This document shows positions 19,925 to 28,900 of a stretch of DNA of 64,000 nt, piece after piece. Origin of the DNA: Clostridiales bacterium (GTDB lineage: Bacteria; Bacillota; Clostridia; Oscillospirales; Oscillospiraceae); the NCBI GenBank assembly GCA_004555655.1, contig SFHJ01000006.1:10095-74094 (forward strand), written 5' to 3'. Each line of letters begins with the position of its first letter. Position 1 is the stretch's first letter. The translations under genes were made by a program, and so were the position numbers. The notes beneath the pieces were generated by a model. It saw only the letters and a program-made list of their open reading frames with translations, searched no databases and had not been told where the DNA came from.

Positions 19925-20812
19925 TTGCGCAAGTTCTGGCATAAAGCAAACAATAAAGTCCGCGATTTTCTTGCGTCCATGTGCTTTTCCGGGCCGAGCT
20001 TTCTGGGCATGGCGATTTTCTATGTCATCCCGTTCGGCGTGGTCGTGTACTATTCGTTCATTGCGGGCGCGGTGGATTCAAGTTTCGCCGGACTGAAAAA
20101 CTACATCGGCGTCATCAACAACGGTGCGTTCAAGATCGCGGTGAAGAATACGGCGGTGTTCTCCGGCATCTCGGTGCCGCTGGCGGTGGTGCTGTCGCTT
20201 TTGATGGCGCTGATGCTCGAGTGCCGCATCCCGGCCAAGAGCCAGTTCCGCTCATTCTTCCTGAGCCCCATGATGGTGCCCATCGCGTCGATCATTCTGG
20301 TGTGGCAGGTGCTGTTCCACTCCAACGGCGTGGTGAATGAATTTCTGGCGGTCTTCGGCGCGGACAAGATCGACTGGCTGAAGTCCGACTACTGCATGGT
20401 GGTCATCATCCTGCTGTTTTTGTGGAAAAACCTCGGCTACAACATGATTTTGTTCATGGCCGCGCTCAACAACATCCCAAAGACGCTTTTGGAAATGGCC
20501 GAGGTTGAGGGCGCGTCGGCGGCGTATCAGTTCTTCCACATCAAGCTCCGGTACTTATCACCCACGGTGCTGTTCGTGACGATTCTGTCCATCATCAACT
20601 CGTTCAAGGTGTTCCGCGAGGTCTTTCTGCTCTCGGGCTCATATCCGTATGACGGACTGTACATGCTGCAGCACTTCATGAACAACATGTTTGACAAGCT
20701 CAATTACCAGTATCTGTCGGCCGCCGCCGTTTTGCTGGCGCTGGTCATCATTGTGCTCATCGCCATTCTCTTCGCCGTGGAAAACGTGTTCGGAAAGGAT
20801 GTGGAAGGATGA
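19925..20812 (+). CDS. Carbohydrate-type (CUT1) ABC permease 1
   Basis: FAGLKNY, LWKNLGYNMILFMAAL, EAA-like loop EMAEVEGA; RBS GGGAGGT before TTG 19925. Confidence 0.9.
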   Translation: MRKFWHKANNKVRDFLASMCFSGPSFLGMAIFYVIPFGVVVYYSFIAGAVDSSFAGLKNYIGVINNGAFKIAVKNTAVFSGISVPLAVVLSLLMALMLECRIPAKSQFRSFFLSPMMVPIASIILVWQVLFHSNGVVNEFLAVFGADKIDWLKSDYCMVVIILLFLWKNLGYNMILFMAALNNIPKTLLEMAEVEGASAAYQFFHIKLRYLSPTVLFVTILSIINSFKVFREVFLLSGSYPYDGLYMLQHFMNNMFDKLNYQYLSAAAVLLALVIIVLIAILFAVENVFGKDVEG

Positions 20813-21696
20813 GATACCACAAAAAGCGCTATTTTTCCCGCGGTGCGCTGACCATCCTGGCCGCCGTGCTGGCATGCATGTTTTTGATGCCGACGCTGCT
20901 TACGATCACGAACTCGTTCATGACGCAAAGCGAAATCACGGCCAACTACGGGCAGGTCTTTCAGAACGCGACCAACGGCACCAGCTACATCAAGGACACC
21001 ATCAACCTGAAATTTATCCCCGACAAGGTCAGCTTTTCACAGTATTTTACGGTTCTGCTGAAAAGCCCGGATTTCCTGTACAAGTTCTGGAACTCGGTGA
21101 TTCTGGTCGTGCCGATTGTCATTGCGCAGCTGCTGGTGGCGTCCATCGCGGCCTACGGCTTTACGCGCTGGCGTGGCAAGGTGCGCGACAGTATCTTCTT
21201 TTTCTACGTGATTCTGATGCTCATGCCGTATCAGGTCACGCTGGTGCCGAACTACCTGGTCAGCGACTGGCTGGGGATTCTCGATACGCGGTGGGCGATC
21301 ATATTGCCGGGCGCGTTCGCGCCGTTCTCGGTGTTTCTGCTGACAAAGTTCATGCGGCGCATCCCGGCGTCGCTGATCGAGGCGGCCAAGCTCGACGGCG
21401 CAGGCGAATGGCGCATCTTCTGGAGCATCTGCCTGCCGCAGTGCAGAAGCGCGCTGTACTCGATTGCCATTCTGGTCTTCATCGACTACTGGAACATGGT
21501 TGAGCAGCCGCTCATTCTGCTCAAGAACGCGGACATGCAGCCGCTGTCGGTCTATCTTTCCACCATCAATGCCGGCGAAATCGGCATCGCCTTTGCCGCC
21601 GCCGTGGTGTATATGGTACCGGGCCTTCTGCTGTTTTTGCACGGCGAGGCGTACCTGGTCGAGGGCATCGCATATTCCGGTTCTGTGAAAGGATAA
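20809..21696 (+). CDS. Carbohydrate-type (CUT1) ABC permease 2
   Basis: AAYGF, MPYQVTLVPNY, IEAAKLDGAGEWRIF EAA loop; ATGA overlap. Confidence 0.92.
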   Translation: MRYHKKRYFSRGALTILAAVLACMFLMPTLLTITNSFMTQSEITANYGQVFQNATNGTSYIKDTINLKFIPDKVSFSQYFTVLLKSPDFLYKFWNSVILVVPIVIAQLLVASIAAYGFTRWRGKVRDSIFFFYVILMLMPYQVTLVPNYLVSDWLGILDTRWAIILPGAFAPFSVFLLTKFMRRIPASLIEAAKLDGAGEWRIFWSICLPQCRSALYSIAILVFIDYWNMVEQPLILLKNADMQPLSVYLSTINAGEIGIAFAAAVVYMVPGLLLFLHGEAYLVEGIAYSGSVKG

Positions 21697-21708
21697 AGGG
21701 AGAAGCAT

Positions 21709-23691
21709 ATGGAAGCAAATGTAAAAAGACGCGAGTGGGTCAAAACGGCCGCCATCATTTTTCTGGCGATTCTGCTGGTTCTGACGTTCTTCTCGAATAC
21801 CATCATGAACGCCTCGCTGCCCGAGGTCGCCGCGCAGCAGGTCTCGTCCGGCGCGATCAACGCCAAGATCCGCGGCTCGGGCACCATCGCCGCCAACGAG
21901 ACCTACGACGTGACCATCAGCCAGACGCGCAAGATCGCGAGCGTCAAGGTAAAAGTGGGCCAGACGGTCAATGCCGGCGATGTGCTGTTTACGCTCGAGG
22001 CGGCGGAGTCCGACGAGCTCAAGCAGGCACAGGACGCGCTGGAATCGCTGGAGCGGGCGTATGAAAAGGCGCTGCTCTCCGCGTCCACCAGCGACGCGCA
22101 GGAAAACCGCGAGGTGGAGAAGGCGCGCGCGGCGTACAACGAGGCGCTGGTCATCTACCGCCAGTACAGCACGATGGACCCGGCGAATCTCGCCAGCGCG
22201 CAGGCCGAGGCCGACGCGCAGCTGAAGCAATTGCAGCGGCAGCTCAAGCAGGTGCAGAAAGATCTGACCGACGCGCAGTCTGACCGGGATTATACCGATG
22301 CGCAGGCGCAGGTGACCGAACTGACGGGCAAGATTTCGGGCTATGAGTCGGAAATTGAAAGCCTGCAGACACAGCTGGAGGATTTTGACAACGGCCAGTC
22401 GCAGCAGCAGTCGCTGCAGCGGCAGATTCAGGACAAGCAGAGCGAGCTGTCTGCGGCGCAGGCGGTCTATGAAAGCGACAAGGTCTTCAACGAGTATTAC
22501 TACAACCTTCTGATGGAAGTCGCCGGGCAGGACAAGACCGTTGCCGCAGCGCTGGCGAACGATATCAATGAGCTGACGAACCGGCTGGCAAACCATCCGG
22601 ACACCGGCTCGGAAGAAAATGCTGCGGCGCTGGCCAAAGAGTGCTCCGCGTCGTATGCGCTGCTTTCGGGCGATCAGGAAAAGATTGAGGCGCTGACGCT
22701 GGAGCTGAGCCGGCTGCAGGAGGATTTAAGGAACGCTGCAGACAGCACCGAGGGCTCGCGCGACAAGATCGTGGCAAAGCTGAATGAGGCGCAGCAGAAT
22801 CTGACGCAGAGCGAGCGCAAACTCGCCAGCGCCGAGGACGCGGTGAAGCGTTTTGAGGCTGCCATTGAGCGCCTGGAAGATCAGGCCGACGCCGTCTCCG
22901 ACAATGTGGACGACCAGCAGGCGGAGGTGGACAAGCTCGCCAGCGCCGCGTCTGCCGCGGATACTGTGAAGTCTGCCAAGCAGGCGCTGGAGGATCTCGT
23001 CTTTGCCCAGAGTCTGGGCGACACGGCCAGCCTCGATTTGAAGGACCAGAAAGAGGACATCGAAAAGCAGAAGCTGGCGATCGAGGAGCTGACCAAAAAC
23101 GCCGACGGGCAGGAGGTGACGGCCAAGGTCTCCGGCATTGTCAGCGAGATCAGCGTCACCGCCGGCAACACCGCGGGCGCGGAGACGCCGCTTTGCACCA
23201 TCAATGTGGCAGACCGCGGCTACACGATCAAGATCCCCGTGACGCAGGATCAGGCGCGCCGCGTGAAAGTGGGCGACAACGCGGAGCTCGTCAACTACTG
23301 GGGCGGCAACGTGACGGCAACGCTCGAGTCCGTCGCCAACGACCCGGAAAACCCCGGCAAGGGGAAGCTTCTCATCTTCCGCCTCTCCGGCGAGGTCGAC
23401 CCCGGTACGAATCTGACGCTCTCCATCGGGCAGAAGAGCGCGAATTATGACGCGCTGGTGCCCAATTCTGCCATCCGCACGGACAACAACGGCTCGTTCG
23501 TGCTGGCGCTGGTGGCCAAGTCCACGCCGCTTTCCACGCGCTACACCGCCACGCGCGTCGATGTGCAGGAGCTGGCGAAGGACGACAACTTCACCGCCGT
23601 GTCGGGCATCGGCGCGGGCGAGTTCGTCATCACCACCTCGACCAAGCCCATTGAGGCGGGCACGCAGGTGCGGCTGGTGGACGAGCCATGA
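21709..23691 (+). CDS. HlyD/RND-type membrane-fusion (periplasmic adaptor) protein with very long coiled coil
   Basis: N-terminal TM; lipoyl half-motifs VKVKVGQTVNAGDVL and TAKVSGIVSEISVTAG; about 350-aa coiled coil; VPNSAI membrane-proximal motif. Confidence 0.85.
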   Translation: MEANVKRREWVKTAAIIFLAILLVLTFFSNTIMNASLPEVAAQQVSSGAINAKIRGSGTIAANETYDVTISQTRKIASVKVKVGQTVNAGDVLFTLEAAESDELKQAQDALESLERAYEKALLSASTSDAQENREVEKARAAYNEALVIYRQYSTMDPANLASAQAEADAQLKQLQRQLKQVQKDLTDAQSDRDYTDAQAQVTELTGKISGYESEIESLQTQLEDFDNGQSQQQSLQRQIQDKQSELSAAQAVYESDKVFNEYYYNLLMEVAGQDKTVAAALANDINELTNRLANHPDTGSEENAAALAKECSASYALLSGDQEKIEALTLELSRLQEDLRNAADSTEGSRDKIVAKLNEAQQNLTQSERKLASAEDAVKRFEAAIERLEDQADAVSDNVDDQQAEVDKLASAASAADTVKSAKQALEDLVFAQSLGDTASLDLKDQKEDIEKQKLAIEELTKNADGQEVTAKVSGIVSEISVTAGNTAGAETPLCTINVADRGYTIKIPVTQDQARRVKVGDNAELVNYWGGNVTATLESVANDPENPGKGKLLIFRLSGEVDPGTNLTLSIGQKSANYDALVPNSAIRTDNNGSFVLALVAKSTPLSTRYTATRVDVQELAKDDNFTAVSGIGAGEFVITTSTKPIEAGTQVRLVDEP

Positions 23692-24770
23692 GCGGGAGGT
23701 TTGAAGCGCCGCGCAAAAAACGCCGTCTGTCGCGCCGGGCTGTTATCTGGCTCTGCGCGGCGCTGGCGAGCGCAGTTCTGGCCGGCGTCTGCTTTGGCAG
23801 GCTTCACAGCGTGTCGACGTGCCTGTATTCCCAGCAGGCGGCCGAACGCTGGCGCGGCGGCAGCGATATGCGCTTTGCGCAGGTGAGTGTGTTTCTGCCC
23901 GTGGGCGGTGAGACAGATGTGCAGGCAGTCGAGACGTTCCATGAGAGCATCGAACAGGCCATGCAGGAGGTGTCGCTGGAAGCGCCCGAGGGCGGAAGCC
24001 TGTATGTGGACGCGTACTCCGGCAGTACACAGCTGAGCGTCTCCACCGGGCATGGCTCGGCGAACGTTAAGACCCTCGGTGTGGGCGGAGATTTCTTTAC
24101 GTTCCATCCGCTGCGTCTGCGCGCGGGCAGCTATCTGACGGCGGACGACTACATGGCCGACCGTGTGGTGCTCGACGAGGCGCTGGCGTGGACGCTGTTC
24201 GGCAGCTACGATGTGGCAGGCCAGCAGGTCATGATCGGCGAGCGGCCGTATCTCGTGGCCGGCGTGGTGCAGCGCGAGGACGACTATGCCAGCCGGAAGG
24301 CCTACGGCAAGGACGCAGGCATGTTCATGAGCTATGACGCGCTGAACCGCATCTCCGAGACAAAGATCGACTGCTACGAGGTGGTCATGGCCGACCCCAT
24401 CACGGGCTACGCCAGATCAGTGGTGGAAAAGAGCTTTTCGCCGGACGTGAATCTGGTGGTGGAGAACTCGGCGCGCTACAAGCTGACGAGCCTTGTGAAG
24501 GTGCTGGGCGATTTCGGTGAGCGGTCGATGCAGACGCGCGCGGTCATTCTGCCGTACTGGGAGAACGCCGCGCGGCTGACCGAGGATCATGCGGCGCTGG
24601 CGCTGCTGCTTGGCGTGCTGTTTGCATTGTGCCCCGCGGGCGTGGCGGGCTATTGGGCTGTGCACTGGCTGAGGAAGGGCTTCGGCAGGCTGCGCGAGAC
24701 GATCCCCGCCGCGATCGAGAAAAAAGTCGAGGCAAAAAAAGAAAAGAACTATGTCCGCACGGGCATATGA
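23688..24770 (+). CDS. MacB-like periplasmic-core ABC permease (2 TM)
   Basis: GVGGDFF...G.Y......VVLDEALAWTLFGSYDVAGQQVMIG....VAGVV resembles MacB_PCD; ATGA overlap. Confidence 0.8.
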   Translation: MSGRFEAPRKKRRLSRRAVIWLCAALASAVLAGVCFGRLHSVSTCLYSQQAAERWRGGSDMRFAQVSVFLPVGGETDVQAVETFHESIEQAMQEVSLEAPEGGSLYVDAYSGSTQLSVSTGHGSANVKTLGVGGDFFTFHPLRLRAGSYLTADDYMADRVVLDEALAWTLFGSYDVAGQQVMIGERPYLVAGVVQREDDYASRKAYGKDAGMFMSYDALNRISETKIDCYEVVMADPITGYARSVVEKSFSPDVNLVVENSARYKLTSLVKVLGDFGERSMQTRAVILPYWENAARLTEDHAALALLLGVLFALCPAGVAGYWAVHWLRKGFGRLRETIPAAIEKKVEAKKEKNYVRTGI

Positions 24771-24771
24771 G

Positions 24772-24805
24772 AAAAATCCTCCCGCATCCCGCGGGAGGAT
24801 TTTTT
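24772..24805. terminator. Bidirectional terminator
   Basis: AAAAATCCTCCCGC-atccc-GCGGGAGGATTTTT. Confidence 0.85.
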
Positions 24806-24814
24806 GCGCCCTTT

Positions 24815-25828
24815 TTACAGAGGAGGGCCGGGGCGCGCGGTGCTCTCGCGCGCGATGAGCTGCACGGGCAGGCGGCAGACGGGCTCGACCGGCTCGCCGG
24901 ATTGCAGCTGCGCGATGCGCTTCAGCGCCAGCGCGGCCCGCGCGCGGCTGTCCTGCCGGACGCTGGTGAGCGCGGGATATACGCGCGTACACGCGGGCGT
25001 GTCGTCAAAGCCCGCGACGGAAACCTCCTGCGGCACGCGCACGCCGTGCGCCGGGAGGAACCGCATGAGCTCCAGCGCGTACACGTCCGACACGGCGAAC
25101 ACGGCGCTGTAGGCGCGCAGCGCGGAAAGGTGCGCTTCGTAATACGAAAGCCGCTCACGCGCGTCCATGGGAATCTGCCAGAAGTCCGCGCCGGGGCCGA
25201 AGCCCGCGGCAAAGCCCTTTCTTCTGGCGTGGTCGACGTGCTCGTCGTTGTCCGCGATGCAAAGCGCCCGCCTGTGGCCCAGGCTGCGGAAGTGCCTGCC
25301 CACCTGCCGCCCGCCGTCAAAATCGTCGAGGCCGATCGAGCAGCTGCCCGGCGGCATGTCGCCCGCCGCATCATAGGCCACAAGGCCGATGCGCATGTTT
25401 TCACGCAGGCGCGCATAGTCCTGCCGGCAAAAGCCGATGAGCACCAGCGCCTCCATGTTCCACATCGAGGCGAACGCGATGAGATCGTCGGGCTGCCGGA
25501 CGGTCTTGACCATCATGAACTTACCCGCGCGGTCGATCTGACGTGACAGTTCGCTTAACGCGCTTGCGATAAAGTCGTCGGCCAGCGGTTTTCCCTCGTA
25601 TTTTTCGTGGTCGTACACGGCCACGCCGATGATCCCGGAGCTGTTCTGCGCCAGCAGAATGCCCGCCATGTTGGGGATATACCGCCGCTGCTCCAGAAGC
25701 TGCTGGACGCGGCGGGCCGTCGCGTCCGAGACCTTGCCGGTCTTGCCGTGGATGACGTTAGAGACGGTGGCTGTGCTGAGGCCCAACTCCTCTGCGATGT
25801 CGCGGATGCGCACACGCGGCTCGTTCAT
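24815..25828 (-). CDS. LacI family transcriptional regulator
   Basis: IRDIAEELGLSTATVSNVIHG HTH; VPQEVSVAGFDD, PALTSVRQD, LIAREST; RBS AGGGAGG. Confidence 0.95.
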   Translation of the reverse strand: MNEPRVRIRDIAEELGLSTATVSNVIHGKTGKVSDATARRVQQLLEQRRYIPNMAGILLAQNSSGIIGVAVYDHEKYEGKPLADDFIASALSELSRQIDRAGKFMMVKTVRQPDDLIAFASMWNMEALVLIGFCRQDYARLRENMRIGLVAYDAAGDMPPGSCSIGLDDFDGGRQVGRHFRSLGHRRALCIADNDEHVDHARRKGFAAGFGPGADFWQIPMDARERLSYYEAHLSALRAYSAVFAVSDVYALELMRFLPAHGVRVPQEVSVAGFDDTPACTRVYPALTSVRQDSRARAALALKRIAQLQSGEPVEPVCRLPVQLIARESTARPGPPL

Positions 25829-25883
25829 ACGTTCCTCCCTCGCTTTCTTCCTTGAGCGTAGCACGAAGCGCGTGTGGCTGCAA

Positions 25884-25897
25884 GCGAAAAGTTTCGC
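25884..25897. promoter_or_regulatory. Candidate LacI-type operator palindrome
   Basis: GCGAAA-AG-TTTCGC in the divergent intergenic region; a TGgTAGAAT -10 for the + strand operon lies at 25935-25943. Confidence 0.4.
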
Positions 25898-25991
25898 GGC
25901 GGACGCAGATTTTTGTGCAAAATCCGCGTATGCGTGGTAGAATAGGAAAAAACTACCGCCGGTGGAGCGATACCGGCAGACGAGGTGGCGT

Positions 25992-28900
25992 ATGCAGAGA
26001 GCTTGCATCAACAACGAAACGCTGGCCGCGCGCGCATCGCGGATGGCCGGGGAGAACGCATTGCTGCGCGCCGTGCTGGATGACGGCGTGGCCATGGCGG
26101 CGCTTGCGTCCATCCCGGGTCACGCGTCGGACGCGTGCCGGAAGACACTGGAGGCGATGCGCGGCGTGCTTGGCCTGCCGGCGCAGACTGACGGCACGGC
26201 CTGGCTGCGCGCGCTCTATGAGCGCCTGACCGAGCGCATGTTCCCGCTGCCCGATATGCCGCGGCCTGTGCTGTCGGTGCAGGAAACGGCGTATCTGGCG
26301 GCGCTTGAGTGCGTGCTGGAGCAAAACTGCGGCGCATTTGACCCGCTGACGGACCTCATCGCGCTTTCGCCCGGCGAATGTGAAAACAGCCGCGTGGCGC
26401 AGGAATACCGCCTGTTTTCCCGCGCCTGCGCTGAGAGCCACTACATCGCGCTCATGCGTATCGGCCGCGAGGTGCAGCCGTTTGACCCGGCCAGCCACAC
26501 CATCGGTGTGCACAACGTCGCCGTGCACACGGCGCTTCTGGCGTCCAAGGCGGGCATCCCGGTCGATCTGCCGCTTGTGAGCGCCGCCGCACTGGGCCAC
26601 GACATCGGCAAATTCGGCTGCCGCGGTGCCGACGCCCGGCGCATCCCGTATCTGCACTACTACTACACCTGGCAGTGGTTCAATGAGAACCACATGCCCG
26701 AGACCGGCCATGTGTCGGCCAACCACTCGACATGGGATCTGGAATTTGAGAATCTGCCGGTGGAATCGCTGCTGCTCATCTACGCTGATTTCCGCGTGCG
26801 CGGCGCACGCGAGCAGGACGGGCGCGAGCATGTGCGCATCTATTCGCTCGCCGAGGCGTATGCGATCATCTTCTCCAAGCTCAGCGACATGACCGAGCAG
26901 AAGCAGGCGCGCTACCGGAGCGTGTATGAGAAGCTGCATGATTTTGAGTGCATGCTCGTGAGCCGGGGCGTTCCGACCGATCTTTCGTGCGACGAACTGC
27001 TGCCTGCCGACGAGACGGACGCGTCGCTTATGACGGCGGAGCAGGCGCTGCAGGCCATTTGCAGCATGACGCTCTCGGGCAGCATCCGCCTGATGCGCAC
27101 GGTGAGCACGGACCAGTCGCTCGAGCAGCTTCTGGAGCAGGCCAAGGGCGAAAAAAACCTGCAGCGCATCCGGACGTATCTTCTGCTGCTGCAGGAGTAT
27201 AATACCTACATGACGCGCGCGAACAAGCGCAAGACGCTGGTTCTGCTGTATGAGCTTCTCATGCACCCCGACGGCGACGTGCGCCGTACTGCCGGACAGA
27301 TCATGGGCAAAATTCTGGCCAACAGCGGCCCGAAGTACCGCAAGGAGCGGCCCGCGTCGGCGAAGGCCGGCGAGATCACGCCCGCGATGAGCGCGCTGCT
27401 GCTCGACGCGCTGCAGCTGTGGAAGCAGTATATCGGCCTCTGCCTGCACCCCGACCGGAAAATCGCGCCCAAGCACGCCATGCGCATCTCCAACTCGCTC
27501 AAGACCATCTGCGAGTCGCTGTTTCAAAGCTGCGAGCCGTCGCAGACGCAGGAGCTTTTGCAGCCGCTCGTGGCCGCGCTTTTGTACGAGGATGATGCCG
27601 ACAGCTTCGTATTGGCGGACGCGCTGTGCCATGTGCCGACCACGGCGATCACGGACGGGGACGTGCAGGCGCTTCTGGCAAAGCTCGAGGTGCTTCTGCA
27701 CGGCGGCGAGGTGCGGCTGCAGATGATCGTGCTGAGCCTGCTGCTGCGGCTAAAGAAGCAGCGGCCGGAGCTGGCGGACGAGGCCATGCGCATTGCGCGC
27801 GGCTATACGCCGGAGGCGGGCGAGCACTGCGACGCGCTGTGCTTCGCAAAAGGGCGCGTGCTGGACGAGCCCTTTGCGCCGCTCGGCGCGCAGCAGTCGT
27901 CGCGCATGCACCTGTCCAATCTGAAAAACGCCGTACACTGGACGGTGAAGCTCGCGCAGATCCAGATGCTCTGCCGCAGCGCCGAGCAGAACCCGGCGGC
28001 ACTGTTCCACACGGCGATGCACCTGTCGAACCTTCTGTCGGTGAGCGAACACCTGCCCGTGCGCGAAGCGGCGGGCGAACACCTGCTTAAACTTGCGCCG
28101 CGGCTGAGCGTCGACCAGGTCAACGAAATTTCCATCGACCTCATGCGCGAGCTTGAGACGGGTCAGGAGCAGATTTCGCGCTTCATTCCGCCGTATCTCG
28201 GCAGGCTCATGTGCCTGCTGCCCGACAAGGAGCTGCGCGAGACGGTGGACTATCTGGAAAATCTGGCGCGCGGGGCCTCGGTGCGCCCGGCGCAGGTGGC
28301 GCTGCACACGCTGGGCGAGGCGCTTTGCGCCCTGCCCGACGGCGCGCGCGAGATCGCCGGCCGGATGCTGGGCATCCTCATGACCGGCATCAGCCACTAC
28401 GAGCCCGCCGTACACCAGACGGCGCTGTGTGTGCTCTGCCGCGATGTGTTTGGCCTGGACCGCATCAGCCTTGCGCGCAGGCACGACATGTTCGTGCACC
28501 TGCACAAAAAGCTGCTGACCATTCTCTGCGAGCCGCACGGCGGTCAGCTGACGTTCTTTAACTGCGCGGCGATGCTCAACCACCTCTACCGCTACATCGT
28601 CCGCTCCGAGGTCGCGCTGGGCCCGTTCCGCTTCCCGGCGGAAAAGCCGGTGGCGTTTTTCCCCGGCACGTTCGATCCGTTTTCAAACGGCCACAAGCAG
28701 ATCGTCCAGCAGATCCGGGCCCGGGGCTTTGAGGTCTATCTGGCTGTGGACGAGTTCTCGTGGAGCAAAAAGACGCTGCCGAAGCTGCTCCGGCGGCAGA
28801 TCGTGGATATCTCGGTGGCCGATCAGGCGGATACCTACCTCTTCCCGGACGATATCCCCATCAACATTGCAAATCCTGCCGACCTTGCAAGGCTTGAAAC

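Noticed and set aside
17244..19949. 901-aa minus-strand ORF and similar long antisense ORFs (39764-42178, 42165-44261, 36274-38085, 25953-27701, 21037-22596)
   Set aside because: Shadows of well-supported genes in high-GC DNA; no motifs or RBS.
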